Sequence record: NZ_CP033968.1
DNA: 64,000 nucleotides
Reading direction: 5' to 3' (one strand)
Origin: a plasmid
The stretch's first letter is position 1. Each line of letters begins with the position of its first letter. Below, piece after piece: positions 40,989-51,445 of the stretch. The notes under the pieces were generated by a model. It had not been told where the DNA came from and made no database searches. It saw only the letters and a list, made by a program, of their open reading frames with translations. The translations under genes were made by a program, and so were the position numbers.

Positions 40989-41034
40989 GCCATCGGCACT
41001 TGCCGCTTCGTCACCGCGACCGCTATCGCAGTAC

Positions 41035-41713
41035 GGTGCAATCTGTTGGACCGCAATGAGCTCCGCCACACAGAGATGCAATCAACTCGACGCAACCCTC
41101 CCTCTCTAAACCCCATGGTGCAATCAGTTGGTCCGCAATCTTCCATATCGGTATGGGTGCAATGTATTGGCCCGCAAAGCCCCAGGGGGAAAGGTGCAAT
41201 GTATTGGCCCGCAAAATCGGCGTTCACTTGCCGCTATGGTGCAACGTATTGGTCCGCAAGAGACTGGGCACATGGTGCAGTCAATTGGTCCGCAGAGTAC
41301 CTCTCAACGACATGGTGTAGTTTATTGGTCCGCAAACGGACTCTCTACCATGGTGCAATGAATTGGCCCGCAGGGGGCTAGAACCGATAGCGCAGTTCTT
41401 TAGTCCGCAGAAACCCTAGCGCGTCATGGGCCCGCTACCCCCAGGCAATATGGTGTATCTGATTGGTCCGCAACCGCACGAGTACCGGCTATGGTGCAGT
41501 CGATTGGTCCGCAACCATGGCGAATCAGCGGCGTTAGCAGCTCTGCGCAGGCTCAAACACGCGCAAGGTGGCATCCGTTGGTCCGCAAAATGTGAGGACA
41601 AATAAGCACTCGCCTCGAAAGGTGCAATGACTTGGTCCGCAAAGATTGGCCACTGATTCCAGCATCTCTTACAGCACCTGCACTGCGCAAAGGTGCAATG
41701 GTTTGGTCCGCAA
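41035..41713 (+). repeat. oriV iteron array: 13 direct copies of a 22-bp repeat, consensus GGTGCAATnnnTTGGTCCGCAA.
   Basis: Copies start at 41035, 41117, 41156, 41193, 41238, 41274, 41314, 41352, 41452, 41493, 41567, 41621 and 41692. There is one degenerate copy near 41392. Confidence 0.85.
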
Positions 41714-41848
41714 TTTCTCCCAGCGGGGTTCAACCGGCAAGGTTATGACAACAATTAGCGAGATCTAGCGATAGGAAGCACTCACTAAAGCTCCGCAAAT
41801 TGCGCCACGGTCCACCAAACCGTTACACCTTGCCCGCGGGAGCGGGCT

Positions 41849-41935
41849 TTGCGGTCCAAAACGCATCACCCTAGGTAGTGCTCCATGGGGCACCTCCGCA
41901 AACTTTTGCGGGTCTGCGGGCCAAATCGTTACACC
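41849..41935 (-). repeat. Two inverted-orientation iteron copies (41849-41870 and 41914-41935) beyond the direct array.
   Basis: TTGCGGTCCAAAACGCATCACC and CTGCGGGCCAAATCGTTACACC are reverse complements of the iteron consensus. Confidence 0.6.
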
Positions 41936-42433
41936 TTTCACCGCTGCCGCGAGGCGTAGACAGCCTGGAGCATCAGTACGCGGGGAGGGCGAGTTCCGGA
42001 TCAGATCTTTGCTTGCCTGTCGGCTGAATGGAGGGGCGGAACACGTTTCTCGATCGTGCAATGCGCATTGCACCACCCGCCTTGTTCGGCAGCGTTCCTG
42101 CGGGTCTTACTGGCCGAAGCACTGCGCAATACGTAATGCGCCCTGGGCAGTGCTCAATACCCAATGCGCAATGCTCACTGCGCATTGGGTACTCATCTCT
42201 GAACGCGCCGCCGTTTTCACTGTGAAAAGTGGCGCTACCACGGTATGCCAGCCCCGGAACTGTAATCAGTGACGGGGGCCATCCAAAGACGAGCGATCGC
42301 ACGCAAGACATGCAACTCCCAAGGACTCCTGCGCTAGGCGGCCGATACACGCTGTTGTCAGCCATATCGGAGTACCAGGGCAACCCGCAAGCTTGCCTCG
42401 GACATCCAACCTCAGAGCTTCCAGGAGAACCTC

Positions 42434-42919
42434 ATGTCAATCGCATTGATCCTCAAAGCCGGCGAAGGCTCCATCTTCCCGAACCACGCAAAGACGTCCG
42501 ACAAGGACCCGCTGTTCCTCGGGTGGATGGAGTTTCCCCTCGACGAACAGAAGAAGAACTCGCTCCGGCTCGATGTCGCTGTTTGGCGGAAAAATAACAG
42601 CGGCAAAGATTTCTACTCGCTGTCCATCGGCGGCATTCCTGCAACCCTCTTCAAGGAAGAGAAGCAGGACAGGCCGGAGAGCTCCCCTGACTATGCCGGC
42701 AGCTTTGGCTTCGGCCGAGAGATGCGAATCGCCGGCTGGCGCAAGAAAACGAAGGAGGGCGACAACCCTTACATCAGCATCTCAGTAGTGGAGAAGAAAG
42801 CCGCTGCGAACAGTGAGCGCGCGCAAACGCCGGCAGCCGCCCAGGAGCAAAAGGCTCCCCCCAGGCAACCGGCCCCGTCACAGGAAGCAGCAGGACATCC
42901 GGGATTTGACTTCATCTAA
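42434..42919 (+). CDS. DUF736-like plasmid protein (two tandem weak repeats).
   Basis: Pattern AVWRKNNSGKDFYSLSI ... AGWRKKTKEGDNPYISISV resembles the DUF736 family found on proteobacterial plasmids/ICEs. Low-complexity Pro/Ala/Gln tail. Confidence 0.4.
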   Translation: MSIALILKAGEGSIFPNHAKTSDKDPLFLGWMEFPLDEQKKNSLRLDVAVWRKNNSGKDFYSLSIGGIPATLFKEEKQDRPESSPDYAGSFGFGREMRIAGWRKKTKEGDNPYISISVVEKKAAANSERAQTPAAAQEQKAPPRQPAPSQEAAGHPGFDFI

Positions 42920-42930
42920 CCGCAACATGC

Positions 42931-42961
42931 CCCCACGAGAGATTTCGTGGGGCTTTTTTTT
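42931..42961 (+). terminator. Rho-independent terminator.
   Basis: CCCCACGAGAGATTTCGTGGGG hairpin + TTTTTTTT. Confidence 0.55.
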
Positions 42962-43050
42962 GCCCCTTTTCCACGGATCGGGCGAGGCGACACGTCCCTA
43001 TAATCGCGCGTTCACTATATGAGGGCGGGCCAGAGGTCCGAGAGCGGACA

Positions 43051-45648
43051 GTGGAGGAGAAGAGACCATCACAAGGTACGGGCGGCCGATCGGCTCGCCG
43101 CCTTGCCATTGCTGCAGGCGTTCTGTCGAGCCTCTTGCTTACGAGCATCTCCATCCACGAAGTGATTGACTTCAGGCGACGGGAATACGCTGAAGCACGA
43201 GAGAGCCTGGCGGTCTTCTCATCCGCACTGACTCGACAGGCGGCTGAGATCCTGAGGAGCCAGAAGACCGTTGTTCGACAGGTAGCTCGCACTTTGAATG
43301 GCGACAGCAACGCTCTCAGCATTCAAGAACGGTTTGCAATCGCAAGGGCAACAACCGAGAACACCTGCGTTGCCCGACTCTTCCTATACACCTTGACTGG
43401 TGCACTTGAGCTCGATACTTCAGGCTCTCCTGAGCCACAAGCTCCTCTAGCGCCGAGCAAAGACCTCCTGACTCAAGCAGTCAGCTATATCGTTGATGGA
43501 CCAGTTCCGGGCCTGCCGTACCAAATCTCAATCTCTGAAGGCCTACTTGGCGGCAACGGCCAATACCGTTGGCTCGCAACATCCTGGATTGACTTCGCCC
43601 CCTTCGCGCAGACAGTGGCCGCGATCACACGCGATACCGGTTACCAGGTCGCACTTGCCACTGAAGAGGGTCGCATCCTCTATCGCTTTCCAGAGTCCGC
43701 TCGCTTTGATTCGCAGGAGATTCGCCAAGGAGCGTTCGACGCATGGGGTAAAGCCGCGAGCCACGCTCCGATTCGCGAGCTTCCCGCCGGCGCAGCCGCT
43801 GAGAGCGTCATAACACGGATCGAGGGCGCACCGCTTGCCTTACAGATCGCATTGCCGACGCAGACTGTGAACACGGCCTGGCAGCGCCGCGCATCGTACC
43901 TCGCGGTACTTTCAACGGCCGGCATAGGCCTGATCTGGCTTCTCATTGCCACAATCCTCCGCCAGGTTAAGCAAACAGAACGTGTCGCCGAGTCCGCGGA
44001 ACGCGGCGAAGCAATGTTCGTCGACGTCTTGTCGCGGCTACGTGAGGCCGTCATTGCTACCGACACAAAGGGCACGATTCGCTTTGCGAACTCGAATGCC
44101 TTTATTGCTCTAGCTGCCACCTCAACCCATCAACTGATTGGCCAGCAGATTCAGACCTTGCTCCCTCCTGAGGTATGGAAGGGCTCGCCTTTAGGCGCGG
44201 GCGGAAATCCACGCCAAGAGGCATCCCACGAGTGGGCGGGCTGCTTGCCGACCCTTGCGGGCTCTTCGTTCCATGCCGAAGTCCGCATCTGTGGCAACGG
44301 CCTCCACGGAACCGATGGTCTCGTCATTACAATTCATGACGCCAGCGAGAGAAAGGCCTACGAGGCTCGAGTTGTTGAGGCGGCCACCATCGATCCGGTC
44401 ACGAACGTCTCAAACATGCACGCGTTTCGCGACAGACTCGATCGACTATTCCTGTCCGAGAGCGATCGCGACCAATTCCACGCCGTTTTGGCGGTGCAGC
44501 TCTCCGCTCCTCAAGGGGCACCGCTTGATGACTCGATTTGCGCACTGGCGGCAGATCGATTGACCACGAGCATTCGCGATTCCGACTCAGTCGCTTCGGA
44601 GGGCAGCGGTCGCTTCTTTGTACTGGCAAGAAATGTGTCCGAGCCGATTGACGTTGCGATCATTGCGCGTCGGATAGCTGCATGCTATGAAGCGCCGCTT
44701 ACGCCAGGCGGAGAGACGCTGCGGCTTCGCGCACGGACAGGCATCGCGCTGTTCCCCGTCGATGCGGAAACCAGTGACGCCTTGGTCGCTTCGGCTAAGA
44801 AGGCCGCGGCAACAGCAAACGCCGAGCATTTTGTCTATGCGAATGAAGCTTGTTCACGGCAACTCGAAAGTTTGCGCGAGCAAGCCGATGCCCTGAGAAC
44901 GTCGTTCGGCGCCGACAACTTGAAGCTGAACTACGCCCCGATGGTCTGTCTGAAGAGTAACGTCATCGTCGGCGCTATCGTAACGCCACTGGTCAGCAGC
45001 AATGGGCGGTACATCCCACTCGCTCGTCTGAGCGCCATACTTGAAGAGACGCGCATCTCTGCCCTGGCCGACGAGTGCGTGCTGAGATCGTTGCTCGCAG
45101 ATCTTCGCGCCTGCCAAGCTATTCCCGCCCCACGCTTGCTGATCGTGCCTGTCCACCGCGATAGCTTCACGAGGCCCGGATTTCTCAACACATTGCGAGA
45201 AGCGGTCGACGCTCTTCCGACGAAATGGGCGCTCGGCGTCAGCATTCTGGAACCCGTTGAATCAGAACACTGGACACAGGCCACGGTAGCGATCAGTGAT
45301 CTCGCGACGTTCGGCGTCCAGGTGTTCCTATCTGACTATGGCAACGGCTTAGCGTCATTGCCGCGCCTCATTACTTCCGGAGTACAAGGCGCAATCCTCG
45401 ACCGATCGCAAGCGCCGTTTATGGCTGGGCGGGACGATGCCTTCGCCTTCGTTACCGCCGCCACGGCCGTTGCGGCTAATCTCGGCATCAAGCTCGTGGC
45501 CACGGGCGTCAAGGACGCTGAAGTCGCTTCGATGCTAGCAAAAATGGGAGTGTCGTACGCCTGCGGTCCCCTTTATGGGACCAGCTACACGGCACCAGTC
45601 CTACCCGAACCTGCGATTCGAGAGTCACAAACGACGAATGCGCGTTAG
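43051..45648 (+). CDS. Membrane sensor protein with degenerate GGDEF and EAL domains (likely catalytically inactive c-di-GMP signalling protein).
   Basis: N-terminal TM/periplasmic region, PAS-like segment, a GGDEF-like domain with SGRFF in place of GGDEF, and an EAL-like domain lacking the canonical EAL/QPI signatures. Confidence 0.65.
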   Translation: MEEKRPSQGTGGRSARRLAIAAGVLSSLLLTSISIHEVIDFRRREYAEARESLAVFSSALTRQAAEILRSQKTVVRQVARTLNGDSNALSIQERFAIARATTENTCVARLFLYTLTGALELDTSGSPEPQAPLAPSKDLLTQAVSYIVDGPVPGLPYQISISEGLLGGNGQYRWLATSWIDFAPFAQTVAAITRDTGYQVALATEEGRILYRFPESARFDSQEIRQGAFDAWGKAASHAPIRELPAGAAAESVITRIEGAPLALQIALPTQTVNTAWQRRASYLAVLSTAGIGLIWLLIATILRQVKQTERVAESAERGEAMFVDVLSRLREAVIATDTKGTIRFANSNAFIALAATSTHQLIGQQIQTLLPPEVWKGSPLGAGGNPRQEASHEWAGCLPTLAGSSFHAEVRICGNGLHGTDGLVITIHDASERKAYEARVVEAATIDPVTNVSNMHAFRDRLDRLFLSESDRDQFHAVLAVQLSAPQGAPLDDSICALAADRLTTSIRDSDSVASEGSGRFFVLARNVSEPIDVAIIARRIAACYEAPLTPGGETLRLRARTGIALFPVDAETSDALVASAKKAAATANAEHFVYANEACSRQLESLREQADALRTSFGADNLKLNYAPMVCLKSNVIVGAIVTPLVSSNGRYIPLARLSAILEETRISALADECVLRSLLADLRACQAIPAPRLLIVPVHRDSFTRPGFLNTLREAVDALPTKWALGVSILEPVESEHWTQATVAISDLATFGVQVFLSDYGNGLASLPRLITSGVQGAILDRSQAPFMAGRDDAFAFVTAATAVAANLGIKLVATGVKDAEVASMLAKMGVSYACGPLYGTSYTAPVLPEPAIRESQTTNAR

Positions 45649-45701
45649 AATTCATAACACGTACTTGTAATAACGTTCGCAAACTTTCACCTCGAATCGA
45701 C

Positions 45702-48368
45702 ATGCCCAGTGTTTCCATGACAGAACGACACGGTCGAAGCAAAAAGGCCACCACGCGGGTCTTCTTGCCGCTCGTCTATGTTGGCGCCGTCATCGGCACA
45801 CTAGTGACTGGCCTCGTAGCGTACGAGATCAACGACAGTCGAACGCAGGCGCTGAATGATGCGTCCAGGGATCTAACTGTCCTTTCGTCTGCTTCTGCAG
45901 CACAGCTAAAGAGCTATCTGGACTCGATAGGTGAAGTGCTATCGGCGGCGGGCTTGGCGAGTCAATCACTGCTGACGGCGGGCCCTGGAGGCGCGGACAA
46001 CGCGCTCAGTCAAGTTCGTGCAGCCGCAGTCGGCACCGCAATCGAAGGTATCGTGGTTGTTGGGAAGGCCGGCGTCCCTGTGCTGCATACGTACGACGAT
46101 CCGGTTCCGGCCTCATTTCTGCCAGGTCAACTCGCCGTGCAGAAGCTTGAGTATCAGCGCACTGCGGGCACAGAGATCGTTGGCCCGATACTGTCAGACT
46201 CGGGCGACCGGGTTAAGGTGTATGCGGTAAAGCGAATCAACGACCAAACAGGCGCGTTTCTCGGGGCTGTACTGACACCCCTTGATATTTCCTCGATCGC
46301 ACTTGTTGGCAAGGAGGCTCTTCGCAAAGATGGTGTGACCGTCGCGGTGCTGGGAGCCGAGAGGGGAAACCTAGTTGCGCGCCTACCAGATCCCGGCGTC
46401 CTCCGTTACTTGAAACAGTACACGGAGACGGAGATCAGTCCGCAGATGGCGGGCAAGCAGTCGGGGGTGGCAGTTGGCGCGAGCGCTGTTGACGGCGTCC
46501 GACGGCTGATGGCATTCGAGCGTGTCAAGGACTACCCACTTTTGGTCGTTACCTCGATGGACGAGCAAGTCGTCAATAGCGAATGGCACGCTGATGCGAA
46601 GCGAATCATAGGTATCGGTTACGCTTCACTAAGCGTGATTGCACTACTCCTGGTTGTAATGCATCGCCAGCTGAGACAGCTCATGCACCGGACAGAAGCG
46701 ATAACCGAAAGTGAGCAGCGCTTCGACCGCGTTGTGCAGCGTCTTACCGATGGCCTCTATGTACGCGACAAGGCAGGGAAGCTTCTCGTGGCCAATCGGC
46801 AGTTCGCGACGTTCTTCGGCGCGTCTGACGAAAGGGCGCTGGTCGGTGCCGACCTGGCGACAATCAACCCCCAAGCTACTTCAAAGTCCATCGCACGCCT
46901 CAATGATCAGGTGTTCTCGTCGCGTGGGAAACCCTACATCCTTGAGTTGGAGACGGAAAGCCATGATGGACGAATGGTGCCGATGGAGTACACGCTGAGT
47001 GCCGTAGAGATTGGTGGCGTCGACTACATACTTGGCCAGATGCGCGACATCACTGCACGGCGCCAGTACGAGAGCCGACTGGTAAAGCAAGCGACGTTTG
47101 ACGAGATCACCGGTTTGCCGAATCGCCGGCTGTACATGGATCGACTCTCGAATGCCCTGCACCGTGCGAAGCGCGATGGTCGGAACGTGGCCGTAATGTT
47201 CGTTGACCTCGACCATTTCAAGAGAGTGAACGACACGCTGGGCCACCGCACCGGCGACCAGCTCCTCGTTGCCGCGGCCGAGCGGCTTACGTCCCTTGTG
47301 CGCGATGGCGATACGATTGCCCGCTTCGGGGGCGATGAGTTCGTTGTTTTGCTTGCAGAGGTCACCTCACCGCTGGAATGTCGTTTGCTCGCTGAGCGCA
47401 TCGTCGAGGAGTTCCGGACGCCGTTCGAGCTGGCAGGCCGGCGGGTCTCTGTGACAGCGTCGGTTGGTGTAGCCGTAGCTCCGGGGGATGGAGCCGAGCC
47501 AGATCTGCTGCTGCAGCACGCTGATACCGCAATGTACGAGGCGAAATCTGGCGGCAGGAGCGGTTTCCGGTTCTTCAACAATGAGATGAACGTACGCGTT
47601 CACGAGATGCTGCAGATTGACGGTGAAATTCGATTCGCACTGGAGCGCAATGAGATGCGCGTCTTGTACCAGCCGATCGTTGATCCTATTGCCCGCAAAG
47701 TTGTTAAGGCAGAGGCTCTTGCGCGATGGGAGTCCACGCGTCTCGGGTCCGTGTCTCCCGACAAATTCATTCCTGCGGCCGAAGAGAACGGCACGATCGC
47801 GCAAATCGGTGATTGGGTCTTGTCCGAGGCTTGCAGGACTGCCGCCTTATGGGCCAGGGACTTGCCTGAGCCGATCGCCGTCAGCGTGAACGTCAGCGCA
47901 AAGCAGTTCAACGATCCGAGATTTGTCGACAGCGTCTTCTCGGCACTTGATGAATCCGGGCTTCCAGCTCACCTGTTGGAGTTGGAGCTCACGGAACGTA
48001 TTCTGATCTCAGACGATGAGACCGCATTCGAAACGATCGCTGCGCTGCGAGAGATGGGTGTCGGCCTGTCGCTGGACGATTTTGGCACTGGCTACTCGTC
48101 ACTGAGTTACTTGACCAGATTCCCTCTGAACACTATCAAGATCGATCGAGCGTTCGTCAGTGGCCTGGCGGAAGATTCGCAGACTCAGAACCTGACAAAG
48201 GCGATCATCGCTCTGGCAAAGAGCCTGGACCTTCAGCTAGTTGCCGAGGGCGTCGAGACGGCCGACCAAGCAAGAGTTCTGATCGCCTACGGGTGTGATC
48301 TCCAGCAAGGTTATCTCTATGGGCGACCGGCAGAGCCGTCGGCAATCCTGAATCCGAGTTGGGGGTAA
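45702..48368 (+). CDS. Sensor diguanylate cyclase/phosphodiesterase (periplasmic sensor-PAS-GGDEF-EAL) with intact motifs.
   Basis: RFGGDEFVVLL (GGDEF); LYQPIVD and KAEALARW (EAL); TM helix near the N-terminus. Confidence 0.85.
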   Translation: MPSVSMTERHGRSKKATTRVFLPLVYVGAVIGTLVTGLVAYEINDSRTQALNDASRDLTVLSSASAAQLKSYLDSIGEVLSAAGLASQSLLTAGPGGADNALSQVRAAAVGTAIEGIVVVGKAGVPVLHTYDDPVPASFLPGQLAVQKLEYQRTAGTEIVGPILSDSGDRVKVYAVKRINDQTGAFLGAVLTPLDISSIALVGKEALRKDGVTVAVLGAERGNLVARLPDPGVLRYLKQYTETEISPQMAGKQSGVAVGASAVDGVRRLMAFERVKDYPLLVVTSMDEQVVNSEWHADAKRIIGIGYASLSVIALLLVVMHRQLRQLMHRTEAITESEQRFDRVVQRLTDGLYVRDKAGKLLVANRQFATFFGASDERALVGADLATINPQATSKSIARLNDQVFSSRGKPYILELETESHDGRMVPMEYTLSAVEIGGVDYILGQMRDITARRQYESRLVKQATFDEITGLPNRRLYMDRLSNALHRAKRDGRNVAVMFVDLDHFKRVNDTLGHRTGDQLLVAAAERLTSLVRDGDTIARFGGDEFVVLLAEVTSPLECRLLAERIVEEFRTPFELAGRRVSVTASVGVAVAPGDGAEPDLLLQHADTAMYEAKSGGRSGFRFFNNEMNVRVHEMLQIDGEIRFALERNEMRVLYQPIVDPIARKVVKAEALARWESTRLGSVSPDKFIPAAEENGTIAQIGDWVLSEACRTAALWARDLPEPIAVSVNVSAKQFNDPRFVDSVFSALDESGLPAHLLELELTERILISDDETAFETIAALREMGVGLSLDDFGTGYSSLSYLTRFPLNTIKIDRAFVSGLAEDSQTQNLTKAIIALAKSLDLQLVAEGVETADQARVLIAYGCDLQQGYLYGRPAEPSAILNPSWG

Positions 48369-48408
48369 GTTACGAAGATTGCATATCGTCGAAGCAGCCC
48401 GTGGTGTC

Positions 48409-49497
48409 CTATCGCAGTCCTCGCGCGGCACCTGTAGTGCCTGCTGCCACGCCGTGCCGGCCGTTGGAGTCGGTATCGGCCACTCGGCAAAACATCTCCC
48501 CCTGCGTTCTCACAAGCATGAGGAGTGACTCAGGGGTCAAGAATGGGTCATTCCGTAGCATCTGCCGCATGAGCAAAGTGCTGAGCGCGTAGGTGTCCCC
48601 GGCCATAATTGGCACCCCTCGTACTGCCTTGCCCTTGCAGTTGACCGACAAGAAGACCTTAGGGCCCTGATTCTCCAGGGTGAACCACTTCTCGTTTGCG
48701 GTACCGTGCCCCTTGCCCTCAAACTTCGGCACCCATTGCATGAGCGTTGCCAGGACAAGCGGCAATTCTCGCTGCGACAGCTGAATCGATACCTTGTCCG
48801 TCCAGTTGTATTGCCGAGAATTACCACTGGTTTGAGCCACCTCGATACGAACAGTTGCTTGGCCGGCGCGGGATACGTCAGTGGAGAAGCATGCCGCGGC
48901 ACTTCCGCCATATACGTGCTGGCTGATGATCTCTTTGCCTTGGCCAGACTGCCTTGCCGGTTCTTCCACCCCCGGCTCCTCGGACAGAGAGAGAGAGCTC
49001 ATCGGCGGGGGATTGCTCTCGCTCCTGCTCGGTTCCATCGGCCGCCCAGCCGGGATAGCCTCAGCGCCGGTGCCGGAGGGTCGAGTAGGGCTAGACTCCT
49101 GGCAGCGCCGACGAAAACCTGAGCGCTCCAGCTCGAGAAACTCGGCCATGGTCAGCCTGACATAGCGGGCGTCATCCCCCTCATTGCCGGTCTCATCCCA
49201 TCTCTTGAGTCGAGCCGCAAACTGGGGCCCTTCGTGCTTGCCGATCTCGATCAACACGCGCAGGGAAGGGATGCGGACATTCAGTCGCTGTAGACGTTGC
49301 TTCAGCTTCGGCGTAATCGAGAAGAAGATGCCCTGAAGGAATTTGAGTGCTTGCTCATTGCCTTGCTTTACATCTGCAACGGCTTGCGTAATGCGGTCTC
49401 CCTCGATGTCGTAGACGGACATGAGCATGCGGACATCGGGCGCAGGGATCTTGAGCTGCTGCAGGTCCGCACATAACGCCGCGGTATCCAAGGTCAT
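48409..49497 (-). CDS. Hypothetical protein (362 aa) with a Pro/Ser-rich central linker.
   Basis: GGAGAA RBS 7 nt upstream of the ATG at 49497. Confidence 0.4.
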   Translation of the reverse strand: MTLDTAALCADLQQLKIPAPDVRMLMSVYDIEGDRITQAVADVKQGNEQALKFLQGIFFSITPKLKQRLQRLNVRIPSLRVLIEIGKHEGPQFAARLKRWDETGNEGDDARYVRLTMAEFLELERSGFRRRCQESSPTRPSGTGAEAIPAGRPMEPSRSESNPPPMSSLSLSEEPGVEEPARQSGQGKEIISQHVYGGSAAACFSTDVSRAGQATVRIEVAQTSGNSRQYNWTDKVSIQLSQRELPLVLATLMQWVPKFEGKGHGTANEKWFTLENQGPKVFLSVNCKGKAVRGVPIMAGDTYALSTLLMRQMLRNDPFLTPESLLMLVRTQGEMFCRVADTDSNGRHGVAAGTTGAARGLR

Positions 49498-49944
49498 GCT
49501 TGTTTCTCCGTCGAGTCGCTTCATACAGTGACTTGACTATAGCAAACAAACAGACAGATTATCAATACGTGTTATTCCAATGACTTCGATATGGTCATTG
49601 GGCGAGGCGTTGAAAGTTCTCACAGTACCCACCAACTCTTCTCAGAGTTGGTGCTGACTGTTGTGACCCCTCATCGATGTGCAGAGTGCCGTTCCCGGGG
49701 CATTCGTGAACCTTCCGGCGGAGAAACAGCCGTTGAGCGAGGCGGGGCAGCGCTCGAAGGGCTGGTGGTCTCAGGCCCAGATAGTCTGCCCGCATGTCCC
49801 AAATTTGGAGGTTCCTTTGACACCACAGTCACAAAGTTGCATGGAACTTTGAGAACTCCTGTGCGAGTTCGTGTGAGTCATGTCAGCAGCTGAAAGCGGG
49901 GGACGCAACTGCTTTGGGTGTGCGTCGAAAGCGCGACCGATTGG

Positions 49945-50610
49945 CTACCAGATCTCGACTTCTAGCGCGGCATTGAGCTCATGCTCAATATCTATGCGGG
50001 TGCCGTGCAGCAGAAAATCCTCGTACTTCAGCAGGCCGAGGCCACCCATCACCATTGGGGTACCCACCTCCATCGCAGAGGCCATCAACTTGATCTCCTC
50101 GATGTCGCTCAGTTCGGGAGTTGCCACACCGTTCTTCCAGGCCAGGAGCTTGCGATAGCTTACGGCAACTTTGGTGCACGCTTCGGCAAGCGTCTTTGAC
50201 CAAGTGGCCGCAATAAACTCGCCAACGATGAACTCGGGCGACCCGAAAACATCAGCACTGACCACCGAGTGGAGGTAGAGGGCCGCCTCATTCGCTCGTG
50301 TGACATCAGCCGTGCTTGGGCCTGCAAACAGGCCTGATCCCGAGATCAGCGAGTAGTCTTCCCATTTGAAAACGTCGGCGAGGAGAAATACTCTGAAGCC
50401 AGAACAGTCCAGAAACGAACTGATTGCGTCTATTCTCCTTCGCGTCAGAACGTCATAGAGATCATGGGGCTTGGTATGCGTGGGCTCATCGAAACAACTC
50501 ATGAGGAGGTCGGCACCCACGCCACATGAGTGAGCCGCGGCATCGAAGTCGATGCCGAGAGCTTGGGATTGATCGATGATTGCCTGGTAAAGGCGAAGTC
50601 CTGTTTGCAC
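49945..50610 (-). CDS. Hypothetical protein (221 aa).
   Basis: ORF downstream of the HDOD gene. Confidence 0.4.
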   Translation of the reverse strand: MQTGLRLYQAIIDQSQALGIDFDAAAHSCGVGADLLMSCFDEPTHTKPHDLYDVLTRRRIDAISSFLDCSGFRVFLLADVFKWEDYSLISGSGLFAGPSTADVTRANEAALYLHSVVSADVFGSPEFIVGEFIAATWSKTLAEACTKVAVSYRKLLAWKNGVATPELSDIEEIKLMASAMEVGTPMVMGGLGLLKYEDFLLHGTRIDIEHELNAALEVEIW

Positions 50611-50623
50611 GGGAAACGGTCTC

Positions 50624-51445
50624 TCAGCTCGAAATCACGATCGCATCAACTGCATCTCGCACGGGGCCACGAAGACGTTCCAGCCGCTCTTGCGAGAGGC
50701 CCAGCGCCGATGCCAGTTTGCTGTCAAGCGATGCCATGATCAGTTCTTCCCTTACTCCTGACAGGGTGTACCACGAGTACTCGGAAGACGCACGCAATAT
50801 CTTACCGAGGATTGCTGCGCGGTCAGGCTCGGGGAAGTCCGCGATTGCAGTCCTAACGCTTTGCGGGAATCGCCAGCGGAGCAAGAGTTCCGCAGTGACA
50901 TCGTTGTGGGAAAATCCAAGGATTTCTCGCTCCACGCTTACGCGTTTGGCCAGATCCAGAGGGTGCACCAGAGTGCCAATCTGTTTGGCTTCCGCTGGGA
51001 GTCTCAGCTGGATAAGTAGGACGCCGAGCCCTTGCATGAGCCCGGCGGTGAAGGCCTCTTCGGCGTCCACGCCAAGGGTGCCAGCAATCTCTGCCCCCAT
51101 GTACGCACTGGTGAGGCCGTGCCGCCAGTAGTTGCCCATGCTTATCCCAGCCACCTGTGGGAAGGCACTCATAACCCCAGACGTGATCACCGTGGTGCGG
51201 AGTGTTTGCAGGCCAACCAGATTCACTGCACGTTCCACGCTGGCGATTCGGCCGCTTTCTCCGTAAAAGCTGGAGTTCGCGACACGGATGACCTTTGCGG
51301 CAATGGTTTGATCCCGCCGAACGAGATCGATGATATCGGACAGGTCAGTTTTCTCGTACCGCGTCATTTCGACAAGGTCGTACACCACCTGCGGAATCGT
51401 TGGCAGCTTGACGGTTTGATCAAAGACCTTGTTGAGGGGCATCAT
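50624..51445 (-). CDS. HDOD-domain signalling protein. Start reassigned to MMPLNK.
   Basis: HDOD hallmark LPTIPQVVYDLVEMTRYEKTDLSDIIDLVRRDQTIAAKVIRVANSSFYG. GGAG RBS before the start. Confidence 0.7.
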   Translation of the reverse strand: MMPLNKVFDQTVKLPTIPQVVYDLVEMTRYEKTDLSDIIDLVRRDQTIAAKVIRVANSSFYGESGRIASVERAVNLVGLQTLRTTVITSGVMSAFPQVAGISMGNYWRHGLTSAYMGAEIAGTLGVDAEEAFTAGLMQGLGVLLIQLRLPAEAKQIGTLVHPLDLAKRVSVEREILGFSHNDVTAELLLRWRFPQSVRTAIADFPEPDRAAILGKILRASSEYSWYTLSGVREELIMASLDSKLASALGLSQERLERLRGPVRDAVDAIVISS

